Positions 14,371-23,374 of a stretch of DNA of 53,308 bases are shown here, piece after piece. The notes beneath the pieces were generated by a model. It had not been told where the DNA came from, did not search any database, and saw only the letters and a list, made by a program, of their open reading frames with translations. Source of the stretch: Candidatus Woesearchaeota archaeon (GTDB lineage Archaea > Nanobdellota > Nanobdellia > Pacearchaeales > GW2011-AR1); the NCBI GenBank assembly GCA_964409005.1, contig CAYPBR010000002.1, positions 1 to 53,308 on the forward strand, in the 5' to 3' direction. Made by a program: the position numbers and the translations under genes. Numbering within the stretch: position 1 is the first letter of the stretch; every line of letters begins with the position of its first letter.

Positions 14371-15813
14371 TTATTTCCTTTTTTTAATTGGTTTATCAAG
14401 AAGTTTATCAACTCCAACAGCAATCAAAACAATAATAAGAATGATAAATGCAAATAGAATAAACACCCCAAAATTTGAATCTCTTTCCTTTTTATCAGGA
14501 GTTAAATCTATTGGTGCTGGTTCTGGACGTGAACCATCCGGAGCCACTTCATAATCTGGAACAGTTGGGATTATAGGCTGTTTATTTCTTCTTTTCTTTC
14601 TGTCCCTATCTCCTTCTCCAGAGTCATCTTCTTCTATAATTGGAGGGTCTGGTTCATTTTCTTCAGCAATCATAAAAAGAGAAAAATGTGGAATGTCTGC
14701 TATGAATTCATATTGACCACCACTTGAAACCAAATTTGTATTTAATTTAACCCAACTTCCTTCCCAAATATATAGACTTACTAATTCAGGATTTGTTACT
14801 TCACTTAAATCTAATGTGAATGTTAATTCGGCACTTGTCTGGTTTGAAACTGTGATATTTAAAAATTTAAATGCTTTTTTAACTATAGGAACACTAACTT
14901 CTAGAATAGATGTAATATCATCAAAAACATGAATTTCAATAATTGTATTATTTTCTAATCCCTCTATTTTGCTAATTACTTCTAAGATTTCTGGTTGTGT
15001 TGGTATGTAAGTTTCATTTACTTGGACAATCTCTGCATTTTCAATTCCTTCTAAAGTTAATAGAATTGTTTTATTGAATGTTTGATTGTTTTTTTCTACC
15101 TGAACTATTATGTTGTATTCTCCATCTACCAAACTAACAGAATCTAAATTAATTAAACTAACATTATAATCTAAATCAAGATTCTCTAATAAAGAAACAT
15201 TTTGGTCAATTAATGGAAGGAATTGAGTTACTAAATTTTCTATATTTACAGAAAACATTGTTTTATTTATTATGTCTCTTATTTCATTTAGTTGGTCTTC
15301 TGGAATATCCCCATATCCTTTATTATTCCAAATAAGAAAATCGTTTCCTTGTTTTGTTAAAACTAAATGTCTATCTGAAGGGATTGGTGAAGGATTCTCT
15401 ATCAGGAATTCATTTAAAACTGAAACATTTTGATTTATATCATCACTTCTAAAAGAAATATTTAAAAACTGGAATGCTAAATCCAAGAGGAGTTGTGTTA
15501 TGCTCCCCTGTTCAATAGTTAAAAAATTGAATTGTGGTGTATCTGAACCTTCTTGTATTTCTATTTGACCATTTATTCCTTCTAAAAAAGAAGAAATTGG
15601 AAATTCTATGAAAGAACCTTCTTCAAATTCTACTTCGATTGTATCAAAAGTTGTGTCTGATGTATTTAAATAAAGATTTGCTAATGTCTCTGTTTGGTTT
15701 ATTGTAATATTAAGGGATGTTACATTCGCTTGAAAGAATTCATCTATTGGTGAAGCTGAAGCAAATGAAATAAGTAAAATTATAAATATTAAAGGAACTA
15801 AGTCTTTTTTCAT
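14371..15813 (-). CDS. large secreted surface protein with C-terminal TM anchor
   Basis: Signal peptide, many N-x-S/T sequons, acidic/Pro-rich stalk, then TM FGVFILFAFIILIIVLIAVGV and a basic tail. Confidence 0.6.
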   Translation of the reverse strand: MKKDLVPLIFIILLISFASASPIDEFFQANVTSLNITINQTETLANLYLNTSDTTFDTIEVEFEEGSFIEFPISSFLEGINGQIEIQEGSDTPQFNFLTIEQGSITQLLLDLAFQFLNISFRSDDINQNVSVLNEFLIENPSPIPSDRHLVLTKQGNDFLIWNNKGYGDIPEDQLNEIRDIINKTMFSVNIENLVTQFLPLIDQNVSLLENLDLDYNVSLINLDSVSLVDGEYNIIVQVEKNNQTFNKTILLTLEGIENAEIVQVNETYIPTQPEILEVISKIEGLENNTIIEIHVFDDITSILEVSVPIVKKAFKFLNITVSNQTSAELTFTLDLSEVTNPELVSLYIWEGSWVKLNTNLVSSGGQYEFIADIPHFSLFMIAEENEPDPPIIEEDDSGEGDRDRKKRRNKQPIIPTVPDYEVAPDGSRPEPAPIDLTPDKKERDSNFGVFILFAFIILIIVLIAVGVDKLLDKPIKKRK

Positions 15814-16565
15814 TCTCTCCTCATCTCCAATTTAATTGGCATGACTCTCTTCCCTAATCCCCCAACTTCTACTGTCTCTGAAATAAATTTAACATGATAT
15901 GCTGTGTCTAAAACAGCGTAATCGATGTTTATTTCAAAATGATAATTTCCTGATTCATGGATTCTTTCACTTTCATAATAGTTATCTCTTGGCATACTTT
16001 TTCTTAATATAATCGGATGAGGAATATTTCCTTCAAAGTCATCTCCATCCCCACTAAGATATTTAATCCACGCATTTGTAACCTCCACATTTACTACTGT
16101 GTCTTCTGTGCTATTTTGAAAATATCCATTTTCATAGAGATGAAAAATTATTCTTGATTCTTCAGGACGACCGGCAAAAACAGCTCCATTTTTAAATGCA
16201 GTATAACTTATTGCTAGGTTATCCATATTGTCTATTTTTACTGTGTCTGGGGAAACTGTCTGAATTCTTCCTGTATATTCCATTACTTCTCCTAAATCCA
16301 TTCTTCTTAACTCCATATACATTATTAAATCCTCTCTATTTACAGGAACTTGTGTTGTATCTGGAAGAACTTCTAAAGTATCAATAGGCACATCTGTGGT
16401 GTCTATTGGTCCTCCTGTTGTATCTGGTTCGGTGTAACTTGTATCAGGAGCAACATATAAGGAATCCATTGTTACTTCACTTTCTGTGTTTGGTTCAAGT
16501 ATTTTTAGAGGTTCGCAATTATTAAAAAGAAGTCCTGTAAATAAAAGAGCTATTAGTGTTTTCAT
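15810..16565 (-). CDS. lipoprotein (lipobox LFNNC)
   Basis: MKTLIALLFTGLLFNNC; DT/PDT-rich linker paralogous to 11679..12224. Confidence 0.55.
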   Translation of the reverse strand: MKTLIALLFTGLLFNNCEPLKILEPNTESEVTMDSLYVAPDTSYTEPDTTGGPIDTTDVPIDTLEVLPDTTQVPVNREDLIMYMELRRMDLGEVMEYTGRIQTVSPDTVKIDNMDNLAISYTAFKNGAVFAGRPEESRIIFHLYENGYFQNSTEDTVVNVEVTNAWIKYLSGDGDDFEGNIPHPIILRKSMPRDNYYESERIHESGNYHFEINIDYAVLDTAYHVKFISETVEVGGLGKRVMPIKLEMRRE

Positions 16566-16780
16566 TTTTTAACTAATTCCTCCCACATTCTACTTTTAAA
16601 ATTATTATAAATTAAATTAGCTCTACATTGACAACAATCTTTTTCAAATTCTGGGCACATTTTTCCATAGTAATCTTCCATTAGTTTATCCATTTTCTTG
16701 AATATCTTTTCCACATCTTTCTCTATTTCTTCTTGAATTTCTTCTTGAATTGTTTTTTTCATCTTTGGTTTCTTTTTCAT
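16562..16780 (-). CDS. hypothetical small protein with CPEFEKDCCQC
   Basis: ORF track; ATGA-type overlaps with both neighbours. Confidence 0.45.
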   Translation of the reverse strand: MKKKPKMKKTIQEEIQEEIEKDVEKIFKKMDKLMEDYYGKMCPEFEKDCCQCRANLIYNNFKSRMWEELVKK

Positions 16781-17103
16781 TTTGTTAAATTTTCCTTTAT
16801 TTTCTTTTTATTATAATTTATCCATTTTGTGAAGGGTAAGATTACAACGAACCAAATAAAAAAAAGGAAAAATCCAATATAAACTGAGAGAAAGACGCCA
16901 ATTACAAAAGGACTCTTAATTGAAAGTTCACAAAATCCTTCTGGGTGGTGGTCAATACACAAACCACTTGGTTCATTTGCAAGCCAACCATGTCCTAATC
17001 CAGAAAGTGCAAAAAGAATTACAAAAAAGGCTAGAACTTGTTTTCCTGTTCGTATCCAAAATTGTTTTCTTGCTCTCTTTTTAATGTTGTCTTTTTTAGT
17101 CAT
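16777..17103 (-). CDS. membrane protein (3 TM)
   Basis: Hydrophobic helices in the ORF-track translation. Confidence 0.5.
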   Translation of the reverse strand: MTKKDNIKKRARKQFWIRTGKQVLAFFVILFALSGLGHGWLANEPSGLCIDHHPEGFCELSIKSPFVIGVFLSVYIGFFLFFIWFVVILPFTKWINYNKKKIKENLTK

Positions 17104-17174
17104 TTTTTCTTTTTCTTTTTGCTCATTTTCTTACCTAAATCTTAGGGACTTAATCTTTATAAATCTTTCTATAT

Positions 17175-17459
17175 TCATTTTCCCCAACCACTAAGAATAT
17201 TTTCTTTTGTAACTTCTTTCTTTTCTAACTCATCTACAATTCTATGTTTGGCATTTTCGTTTAGAACGGTTAATATACGTGCTCTCTCACGTCGAATACG
17301 CTTGACCATATCAGTTCCACCTTTTTTAGTTCCAGATTCTTTATCCTTAATTTTTGCGTTTCCCATTCCAGTACTAGTTTTCATAGCCTCCATTTCTAAA
17401 TCCTTCAACATCTTTTTCAAATCTTCATCTGTGTATTTTCGCAAATCTTTTGCTTTCAT
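17175..17459 (-). CDS. rpl29: ribosomal protein uL29
   Basis: MKAKDLRKYTDEDLKKMLKDL...VKRIRRERARILTVLNENAK. Compare E. coli L29 as I recall it: [21 protein letters not shown]...VRRDVARVKTLLNEKA. The central insertion is as in archaeal/eukaryal L29. Confidence 0.75.
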   Translation of the reverse strand: MKAKDLRKYTDEDLKKMLKDLEMEAMKTSTGMGNAKIKDKESGTKKGGTDMVKRIRRERARILTVLNENAKHRIVDELEKKEVTKENILSGWGK

Positions 17460-17578
17460 TTTTTACCTTCCTTTTCATGACAATTTTCACATAACCATCT
17501 TTGTTTTCCATCAATCATTTTACTTTTTACTTGAGGAAATTTACGATGACATTTTGAGCATTTATTTAAATTTTTCAT
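17456..17578 (-). CDS. zinc-ribbon mini-protein (40 aa) translationally coupled to uL29
   Basis: Hand-translated MKNLNKCSKCHRKFPQVKSKMIDGKQRWLCENCHEKEGKK. ATGA overlaps at both ends. Confidence 0.45.
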   Translation of the reverse strand: MKNLNKCSKCHRKFPQVKSKMIDGKQRWLCENCHEKEGKK

Positions 17579-17805
17579 TTTTCTTTTCCTAATATATAAA
17601 AACTAACAGGGATACTAACAAATAAGACTAATAGTGCTAAGTGATATAATGTTTCTGCATTTATACAAATGGTTGTGAAGAAATGTCCACACATTAATAA
17701 AGTTCCTGCTTTTGCTATCCAAACATAAACTAAGTCAATTACAAATAAACAAAGGAAATCCAAGCACAGAAAAAATATTATTAACCCTAATTTTTTATTA
17801 TTCAT
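17575..17805 (-). CDS. membrane protein
   Basis: ORF track; 2-3 TM helices. Confidence 0.45.
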   Translation of the reverse strand: MNNKKLGLIIFFLCLDFLCLFVIDLVYVWIAKAGTLLMCGHFFTTICINAETLYHLALLVLFVSIPVSFYILGKEK

Positions 17806-17812
17806 TTTTAAA

Positions 17813-17980
17813 CTATTTAACGAAAACTTCTATGGCTAATTGTTTCATTACCTCACCAGCTAAATTCATATTACAATATTCACAAAGCCATAGTTCTTGG
17901 TCATAACCTAAATTGTAGTGATAGCCACCTTTTTTCAATTCTTTCTTATGTTTGCATTCTATTTGTTTTATTTTTTTCAT
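17813..17980 (-). CDS. small Cys/His protein (55 aa)
   Basis: Hand-translated MKKIKQIECKHKKELKKGGYHYNLGYDQELWLCEYCN...; ATGA overlap with the upstream gene. Confidence 0.4.
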   Translation of the reverse strand: MKKIKQIECKHKKELKKGGYHYNLGYDQELWLCEYCNMNLAGEVMKQLAIEVFVK

Positions 17981-18282
17981 TTTAATTTCTTTATCTTTCC
18001 TTTAAGATTAACATCAACATTTCCTTTTTTTAATGCTTCAAGTTGTGCTTTACGTAACTCTTGTCTTTCTTCTTCTTTCTTTTCTGAGTTCCATTTGATG
18101 AGTGCAATGATTAAGAGAATAATTCCTAAAGGAATAAATAGAACTCCTAATATATATAAAATTCCAAAAAGATTTACGAAGGTTGGGGAAGATGAGATAT
18201 AATATAAAATAGGAAAAATAATACTTAATAAAATCAAACTAATCCCAATCCAAATTAAAATCTTACATGTTTTTCTTTTCAT
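17977..18282 (-). CDS. membrane protein (2 TM)
   Basis: ORF track. Confidence 0.45.
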   Translation of the reverse strand: MKRKTCKILIWIGISLILLSIIFPILYYISSSPTFVNLFGILYILGVLFIPLGIILLIIALIKWNSEKKEEERQELRKAQLEALKKGNVDVNLKGKIKKLK

Positions 18283-18482
18283 TTTTTATTCTCCTTTTTC
18301 ATATAATCTCCATAATCACTTAAAGTTGTAACAAACAAAGAAGCAACTAATCCCTGTAAGCCACATAAAGACATAAAGACCAAGAAGCCTCCAATAAATA
18401 AACCAATTAACCATCCAGTTAATACTCCAAAAAAAGTAGTAAAGATTCCTAATTTAATTTTAAATTTTGTTCTATTTTTCAT
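18279..18482 (-). CDS. membrane protein (2 TM)
   Basis: ORF track. Confidence 0.45.
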   Translation of the reverse strand: MKNRTKFKIKLGIFTTFFGVLTGWLIGLFIGGFLVFMSLCGLQGLVASLFVTTLSDYGDYMKKENKK

Positions 18483-19159
18483 TTTATATCCTCCTTTTTA
18501 ATTCCACAACAATCACAACCAAAGTCTCCACCCTGGCACTTTTCTGGTTCAATATCTTTATCTATATTATTCTTAAAAAAGTCTTCAATTTCCTTTATTA
18601 ATGTCAAACAAACCTTCTTATCATAAATAACTTCAAGTTCTTCTGTTTCTCCTCTATGTTTTCCAAAAAAGAGAACATATCCTTTCTTTATTTCAAAGAA
18701 GTGTAAATATAATTGTATTTGATTTATGTAATTCTGAATATAATTTATGTCTAATTCTCCTTTCTTAACTTTATTTAGAGTCCAATCTGCACAGGATTTA
18801 ACATCAACTAAATATAATTCCCTTGTCTTAGCATCCGATAAAATGATATCTGTTCTACCAGAAATATTTTTTTGTTCTGGAATATCCACTTCTACAGCAA
18901 CAACCCTCTTCCCAAATTTATCTCCTTTTTCCAGTAGCTCTTTTACTGCTTGTCTATGAAATATATCACCTATTTCAAATGCTCTTAGGGTTTTAGCATC
19001 AAATTCTTCTTTATATTCTCCTTTCATAGTTAAATATGTTCTACGCCAGCAGGAGCCAACCCTCGAGATTGCAAATTTTCCACTAGATTTATGGTTTTCT
19101 GGTCTTGAATCAATTATCTGTTTTATCATTTTATATTGTTCTTTTACGGTGTTCATCAT
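18479..19159 (-). CDS. Cas4/RecB-like PD-(D/E)xK exonuclease with Fe-S Cys cluster
   Basis: N-terminal Cys (VGSCWRR), GRTDIIL...LVDVKS, QIQLYLHF (QxxxY), C-terminal CQGGDFGCDCC. Confidence 0.65.
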   Translation of the reverse strand: MMNTVKEQYKMIKQIIDSRPENHKSSGKFAISRVGSCWRRTYLTMKGEYKEEFDAKTLRAFEIGDIFHRQAVKELLEKGDKFGKRVVAVEVDIPEQKNISGRTDIILSDAKTRELYLVDVKSCADWTLNKVKKGELDINYIQNYINQIQLYLHFFEIKKGYVLFFGKHRGETEELEVIYDKKVCLTLIKEIEDFFKNNIDKDIEPEKCQGGDFGCDCCGIKKEDIK

Positions 19160-19652
19160 TTTCCACTCTCTTAATCCACTGACAGTTCATGCATAAAACT
19201 TGAAACATCTTTTTAGGAAAATTATTTTTTATAATCCAACTATACAGTCCACCCTTTATTTCTTTTAAATGATTATTTCCACCACCATTTAGATGGTCTA
19301 TTGATAATGCTCTTAAATCAGAAAATCCACATTTCTTACATTTCATAGTACTTTTACTATAATATGAAATAATTCTTTTCTTTATTCTTTGTTGAAATTC
19401 TTTTTGGAATTTTATAATCTTTTCTTTAATTTCGGGTCTTTGCCTATATTCTTTACTTTGTTCTACTATTTTTTCCTTATTCTTTTCAAGATATTCTTTT
19501 CTTTTATCCTTATTCTTTTCAAAGAATTCTTTATTATATTCTTTTTTATATATCTTCCCACATTTATAACAATACTTTTGTGTAGAACCCTCAGGAGTAT
19601 AAATCTTTTTACATATTTTACATTTTTTATTCTTATATGTTCTTTTAATCAT
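19131..19652 (-). CDS. HNH endonuclease with zinc ribbon and K/E/Y repeat region
   Basis: CKICKK...CYKCG; KEYNKEFFEKNKDKRKEYLEKNKEK repeats; LSIDHLNGGGNNH...VLCMNCQWIK. Confidence 0.65.
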   Translation of the reverse strand: MIKRTYKNKKCKICKKIYTPEGSTQKYCYKCGKIYKKEYNKEFFEKNKDKRKEYLEKNKEKIVEQSKEYRQRPEIKEKIIKFQKEFQQRIKKRIISYYSKSTMKCKKCGFSDLRALSIDHLNGGGNNHLKEIKGGLYSWIIKNNFPKKMFQVLCMNCQWIKRVENDEHRKRTI

Positions 19653-19927
19653 TTTAAATCTTTAATAGCAGCATCAATTTCTTTCTTTTTCAAACCCATA
19701 GATTCAGCAACAACTCTAAAACTCTTTTCTCCTTGTGTTTTATAAATTTCTATCAAATCATTTGAAAAACAATCAACTAGAAGTTCCATAACCTTTTTTT
19801 CTTTTTTATCTACTTTAAATTTAATATGAACTTTATACATACATTTAGGACAGGTGGCATAAAATTTAGAATTACCTTTATAGTTCCATTTATATAAACA
19901 CTTTTTGTTTTTACATTTTAGTTCCAT
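19649..19927 (-). CDS. zinc-ribbon protein
   Basis: CKNKKC...CPKC. Confidence 0.45.
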   Translation of the reverse strand: MELKCKNKKCLYKWNYKGNSKFYATCPKCMYKVHIKFKVDKKEKKVMELLVDCFSNDLIEIYKTQGEKSFRVVAESMGLKKKEIDAAIKDLK

Positions 19928-20008
19928 TTTGAGTAGTTTAGTAAGTAGGTTAAAGTATTTAAACCCTCTGGTTTCTATTTTAATATTTTTTGCACATTAA
20001 GGTTGGTA

Positions 20009-20491
20009 TCAAAAATCCAAATTATTGGAAATTCTTTTACATCCTCCTCTTCCATAATAAATTATCTTTTTCTTTGCTTCTAGGATTTTTAGACTATAAT
20101 AAAAAGGAAAATACTCTAATTTTCTATATTTTCCACCATTAAAACATTCAATCATCTGTTCTATTGTTAATTTATACTTTTTATTTATTTTATTTATCTC
20201 AATCCATCTTCTAACAAGAAACCTGTATTTATATTCTCTTTCTAAATCACATTTATCTAAAAACATTTTCCATACTTTTTCTACAATTTCTTTTTGGATT
20301 ATGTGCTCATTAGTTTTAATTTCTTCGGTTTCTTTTTCTTTTCGATGTTCACGAATTATAAACTCCTTATTTGTTTGCCCTATTTCGATTTTATCCTTTT
20401 TCTTCCATCCGTAGATATTAACAATATTCTTTTCTTCCTTGTTCATTTCTTTTTCAATTTCTGGCGCGAATATTGTTTTTCCTTGTGTCAT
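20009..20491 (-). CDS. hypothetical protein
   Basis: ORF track. Confidence 0.45.
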   Translation of the reverse strand: MTQGKTIFAPEIEKEMNKEEKNIVNIYGWKKKDKIEIGQTNKEFIIREHRKEKETEEIKTNEHIIQKEIVEKVWKMFLDKCDLEREYKYRFLVRRWIEINKINKKYKLTIEQMIECFNGGKYRKLEYFPFYYSLKILEAKKKIIYYGRGGCKRISNNLDF

Positions 20492-20492
20492 T

Positions 20493-21152
20493 TTATTTTC
20501 TGAATTGTGAAAGTTCTAATTCTGCTTTAATAAAATTTTTTAATATTTTTATGGGGATTAAGTATTTAGGATTTCTTGGGCTACCATCAGCATTTCTTCC
20601 TTGATTAAATATTTCTAAATTTTTGATATTCTTTTTATTAATAGATATATATAATATTTGTTTAGGGAAAAACTTAGTTTTGAGTTTTCTATGTTTCCTC
20701 CCCATATTTTCTCCTTTAAGAACATATTTGCTTTTTCCAGTTAATTCTTTCCTCCATTTATCAAGTTCTTTATTTTTTTCTTTTTTAACTTCTCCTTTTA
20801 TAATGATATATACCAATTCCTTGTATTTTTTAACAATTTTATCAGTTGCGTTTATATCATTAAGGGGTATTCCCTCATTGGAAGAAGAGGTTTTATAATC
20901 TATAACATTTTTTCCGGCTATTCCATTAAAACTTACATTTCCTTCAGATATTTTAAATTGTGCTACCCCAGGAATATTGGTTCTCTCTGTTATAAATTCT
21001 AAATAAAATCCAACCCATTCTGTTTGTTTCCAATTGTGATATTCTTTTTCCTTCATTTCTAAAATACATTCTTTAGCATCCCATTCAGATTTTATAATCA
21101 CAGGGACATATTCAATTATTTTATTTAAAAGTTCCTTGGGTTTTAATAACAT
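20493..21152 (-). CDS. candidate restriction endonuclease partner of the adjacent methyltransferase
   Basis: Overlaps the end of the C5-MTase gene; EWVGFYLEF...GKNVIDYKTS gives a possible E...D-x-K nuclease motif. No firm family assignment. Confidence 0.3.
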   Translation of the reverse strand: MLLKPKELLNKIIEYVPVIIKSEWDAKECILEMKEKEYHNWKQTEWVGFYLEFITERTNIPGVAQFKISEGNVSFNGIAGKNVIDYKTSSSNEGIPLNDINATDKIVKKYKELVYIIIKGEVKKEKNKELDKWRKELTGKSKYVLKGENMGRKHRKLKTKFFPKQILYISINKKNIKNLEIFNQGRNADGSPRNPKYLIPIKILKNFIKAELELSQFRK

Positions 21153-21819
21153 TTTTATTTTTTCCTTTTATATGTTTTATTGCAAATTTTCCTATATATT
21201 CTCCATATTTTGGTGGAATGGACTCTTTTAGTTCGTTCCAAGACATATAATTTACTCCCATAACTTTTCTTCCATGTTCTACATTTTTTGCGGTTCTTCC
21301 ACCACAAGGAATATTATCATTAGGACAGTGATAAACCCCCCAAGGTCTTCCTTGTATTCTATGTTTGCATTCTGGTTGGTTCATATGAAAATTACATTCA
21401 AAAATACGGTGTCGTCTAACACCTAAACCAAAAGAAGAACCACAAAGTACCAAATCTTTTGAAAGGGGGGCACCAGGAACATTTTCAATCACGAAAGGCA
21501 GATTTATTTTATTCAATAGTTTTCTTGTTTGAGGTATAAGATTCAGTGCAGATGTTTTATGCCCTTGCGCTTTCATAAGGTGTTTTGCTTGGGTAAATAA
21601 TTGGCATGGGGGGGAAGCCCATATAAAATCAAATTGTTTTAAGAATTTAAGGGGTAACTTTGTTGCATCTTTCTGAATAAATTTAAAAGGATAATTTGGT
21701 TGTTGGATTATATCTATTCCAGTAACTTCAAATCCTGCTTGTGCTAAACCAGTTGAAGCACCTCCTGCCCCACAGAATAAATCTAATGCCTTTAACTTTT
21801 TTTTCATTTTTTTAACCAT
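21121..21819 (-). CDS. DNA (cytosine-5) methyltransferase, short form
   Basis: Motif I LDLFCGAGGAS, motif IV SPPCQLF, motif VI IENVPG, motif VIII-like RRHRIFE. Confidence 0.8.
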   Translation of the reverse strand: MVKKMKKKLKALDLFCGAGGASTGLAQAGFEVTGIDIIQQPNYPFKFIQKDATKLPLKFLKQFDFIWASPPCQLFTQAKHLMKAQGHKTSALNLIPQTRKLLNKINLPFVIENVPGAPLSKDLVLCGSSFGLGVRRHRIFECNFHMNQPECKHRIQGRPWGVYHCPNDNIPCGGRTAKNVEHGRKVMGVNYMSWNELKESIPPKYGEYIGKFAIKHIKGKNKNVIKTQGTFK

Positions 21820-22826
21820 CCCCTAATTTTATTCATCATCCTTTTAAACCAACCTTCTTTTATTTTCTTAGCCTCTTCAATGGCTTGTTCTATTGGGATA
21901 GTATCTTTTTCGTCCATTAAAACATCATGAAGAGTTTTTTCCTCTTTTATTTCCCCATTTTCAGTTGGAATTAATCTCTTAATCGCTTCTTTAATTTGGG
22001 TTTCTGTGTTGCCCCGCGAGGCAAGCATCTCCACGAGACCGCGTATATTCGCTTTTATTAGTTTCTCAACGGCTTCAATATTATCAAAAGTAATCCAAAT
22101 TGGTTTAAAACCATTGGGATATAATTTTTCATAACCTTTATTTGCTTTTCTATGAATACTATAAGAAAGGCTCGTAGGGATGCCCCGATAGTCTCTAAGA
22201 GCCACGACATTCAATGATTGGCTAAATTGCTTCATACTTACCCCTTGAAGGTCTTTAACCAAATCAATATTATTTGATTTTTGATATCCTTTATCTTTTT
22301 CAGAGGGAGATATGAAGAATTTTGGTAAATTATATTTTTCCATTAGTAACCAGAGAAGACCGCATAGGTGTTTACAATATAAAACGCTGTTATTTCTGTA
22401 ATGTCCGTTAATCTGGCAATCTAAACAATTACAGGATGCATAGGATTCTGAGATATATTGTTCAATTTCATGCCTGTGCCTAAGGAGTTTTTCTGGTTTC
22501 CAATTTTTTAGAATAACTGTATAAGTTCCTTCTTCTCCTTCTATTTTAGCCATAACGTCTACATCCGTGATTGCAACATCTTTTATTTTATCTTTTTTAA
22601 ACAATTCTAATCCCATCAAAATTCTGTCATCAGTAAATAGTTTATGGACTTCTTGTAATCCAGCATTTCTTGCCCTTTCATAAGAGAACACATCTTTAAT
22701 AATCTCATACCAATATTCTTCTATGTATTTGCTGGCTGTGGCTAATTTAATGTTATTACATTCTCCAAAAGACACAGTTTCTTTTCCATCTTTTAGATGA
22801 ATTATTTTTTTCTTTCCGTTTTCCAT
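21804..22826 (-). CDS. SWIM zinc-finger protein
   Basis: SCNCLDCQINGHYRNNSVLYCKHLC (CxC...CxH). Confidence 0.6.
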   Translation of the reverse strand: MENGKKKIIHLKDGKETVSFGECNNIKLATASKYIEEYWYEIIKDVFSYERARNAGLQEVHKLFTDDRILMGLELFKKDKIKDVAITDVDVMAKIEGEEGTYTVILKNWKPEKLLRHRHEIEQYISESYASCNCLDCQINGHYRNNSVLYCKHLCGLLWLLMEKYNLPKFFISPSEKDKGYQKSNNIDLVKDLQGVSMKQFSQSLNVVALRDYRGIPTSLSYSIHRKANKGYEKLYPNGFKPIWITFDNIEAVEKLIKANIRGLVEMLASRGNTETQIKEAIKRLIPTENGEIKEEKTLHDVLMDEKDTIPIEQAIEEAKKIKEGWFKRMMNKIRGWLKK

Positions 22827-22827
22827 T

Positions 22828-22962
22828 TTAATTTAAGATGATTTCTTCCCTCCCCATTAATTTTAAATATTCTTCTACGGAGATATTTCCATAGCGTTCT
22901 ACCAATCCAGAGATAATCTGGCAAACCTCGTTTGGATTTCCTGTGATGATTAATCTTTTCAT
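22828..22962 (-). CDS. hypothetical small protein (44 aa)
   Basis: Hand-translated MKRLIITGNPNEVCQIISGLVERYGNISVEEYLKLMGREEIILN; ATGA overlap upstream. Preferred over track ORF 22802..23059. Confidence 0.4.
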   Translation of the reverse strand: MKRLIITGNPNEVCQIISGLVERYGNISVEEYLKLMGREEIILN

Positions 22963-23132
22963 TTTCTTTTTTTAATCCAACTTTTTTTCCAAGTTGAAGG
23001 AATTTTATGGTGCTTTTCACACACTTTTGAGTATTTATGGGGTGTCTCATAAAGTTCATTACATACCTTGCAAACCCTTTGGTATGATGTTTTTCTAAGT
23101 CTTACGGTCCTTCCTATAATGCTTTTTCTCAT
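22959..23132 (-). CDS. zinc-ribbon protein (57 aa)
   Basis: Hand-translated MRKSIIGRTVRLRKTSYQRVCKVCNELYETPHKYSKVCEKHH... Confidence 0.4.
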   Translation of the reverse strand: MRKSIIGRTVRLRKTSYQRVCKVCNELYETPHKYSKVCEKHHKIPSTWKKSWIKKRK

Positions 23133-23374
23133 TTTCCCCCAATTATAATATACTTAATGGCAGCAAGACCAACAACTACTTGGAAGATGGGTTCCATCCA
23201 AACATTTTGATTTTGTAACCAGAGCAATAATTCAGCTATCATTTTTTTCCTCCTTAAAAATATTTATTTCATCCACACCTTCCCTTTCTTTAATGAATTT
23301 TTCTATTTGTTCTATAATTTCTCCAAAATTCCTATTTCTATCACAAAGTTCTAATTTTATGAAATACTTTCTTT

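Noticed and set aside
17248-17592. Many antisense track ORFs rich in F/L/I/S (e.g. 470..886, 1039..1488, 10577..10906, 17248..17592, 19389..19745, 32084..32503, 38326..38682, 41559..41894, 52972..53293)
   Set aside because: Each lies opposite a longer ORF with recognisable motifs or operon context. Their composition is the mirror image of K/E/N-rich coding sequence.
22802-23059. Track ORF of 85 aa (MNFMRHPINTQKC...)
   Set aside because: Two shorter ATGA-coupled ORFs in other frames (22959-23132 zinc ribbon; 22828-22962) tile the region without overlap and look more protein-like. The 85-aa frame is K/R/L low-complexity.
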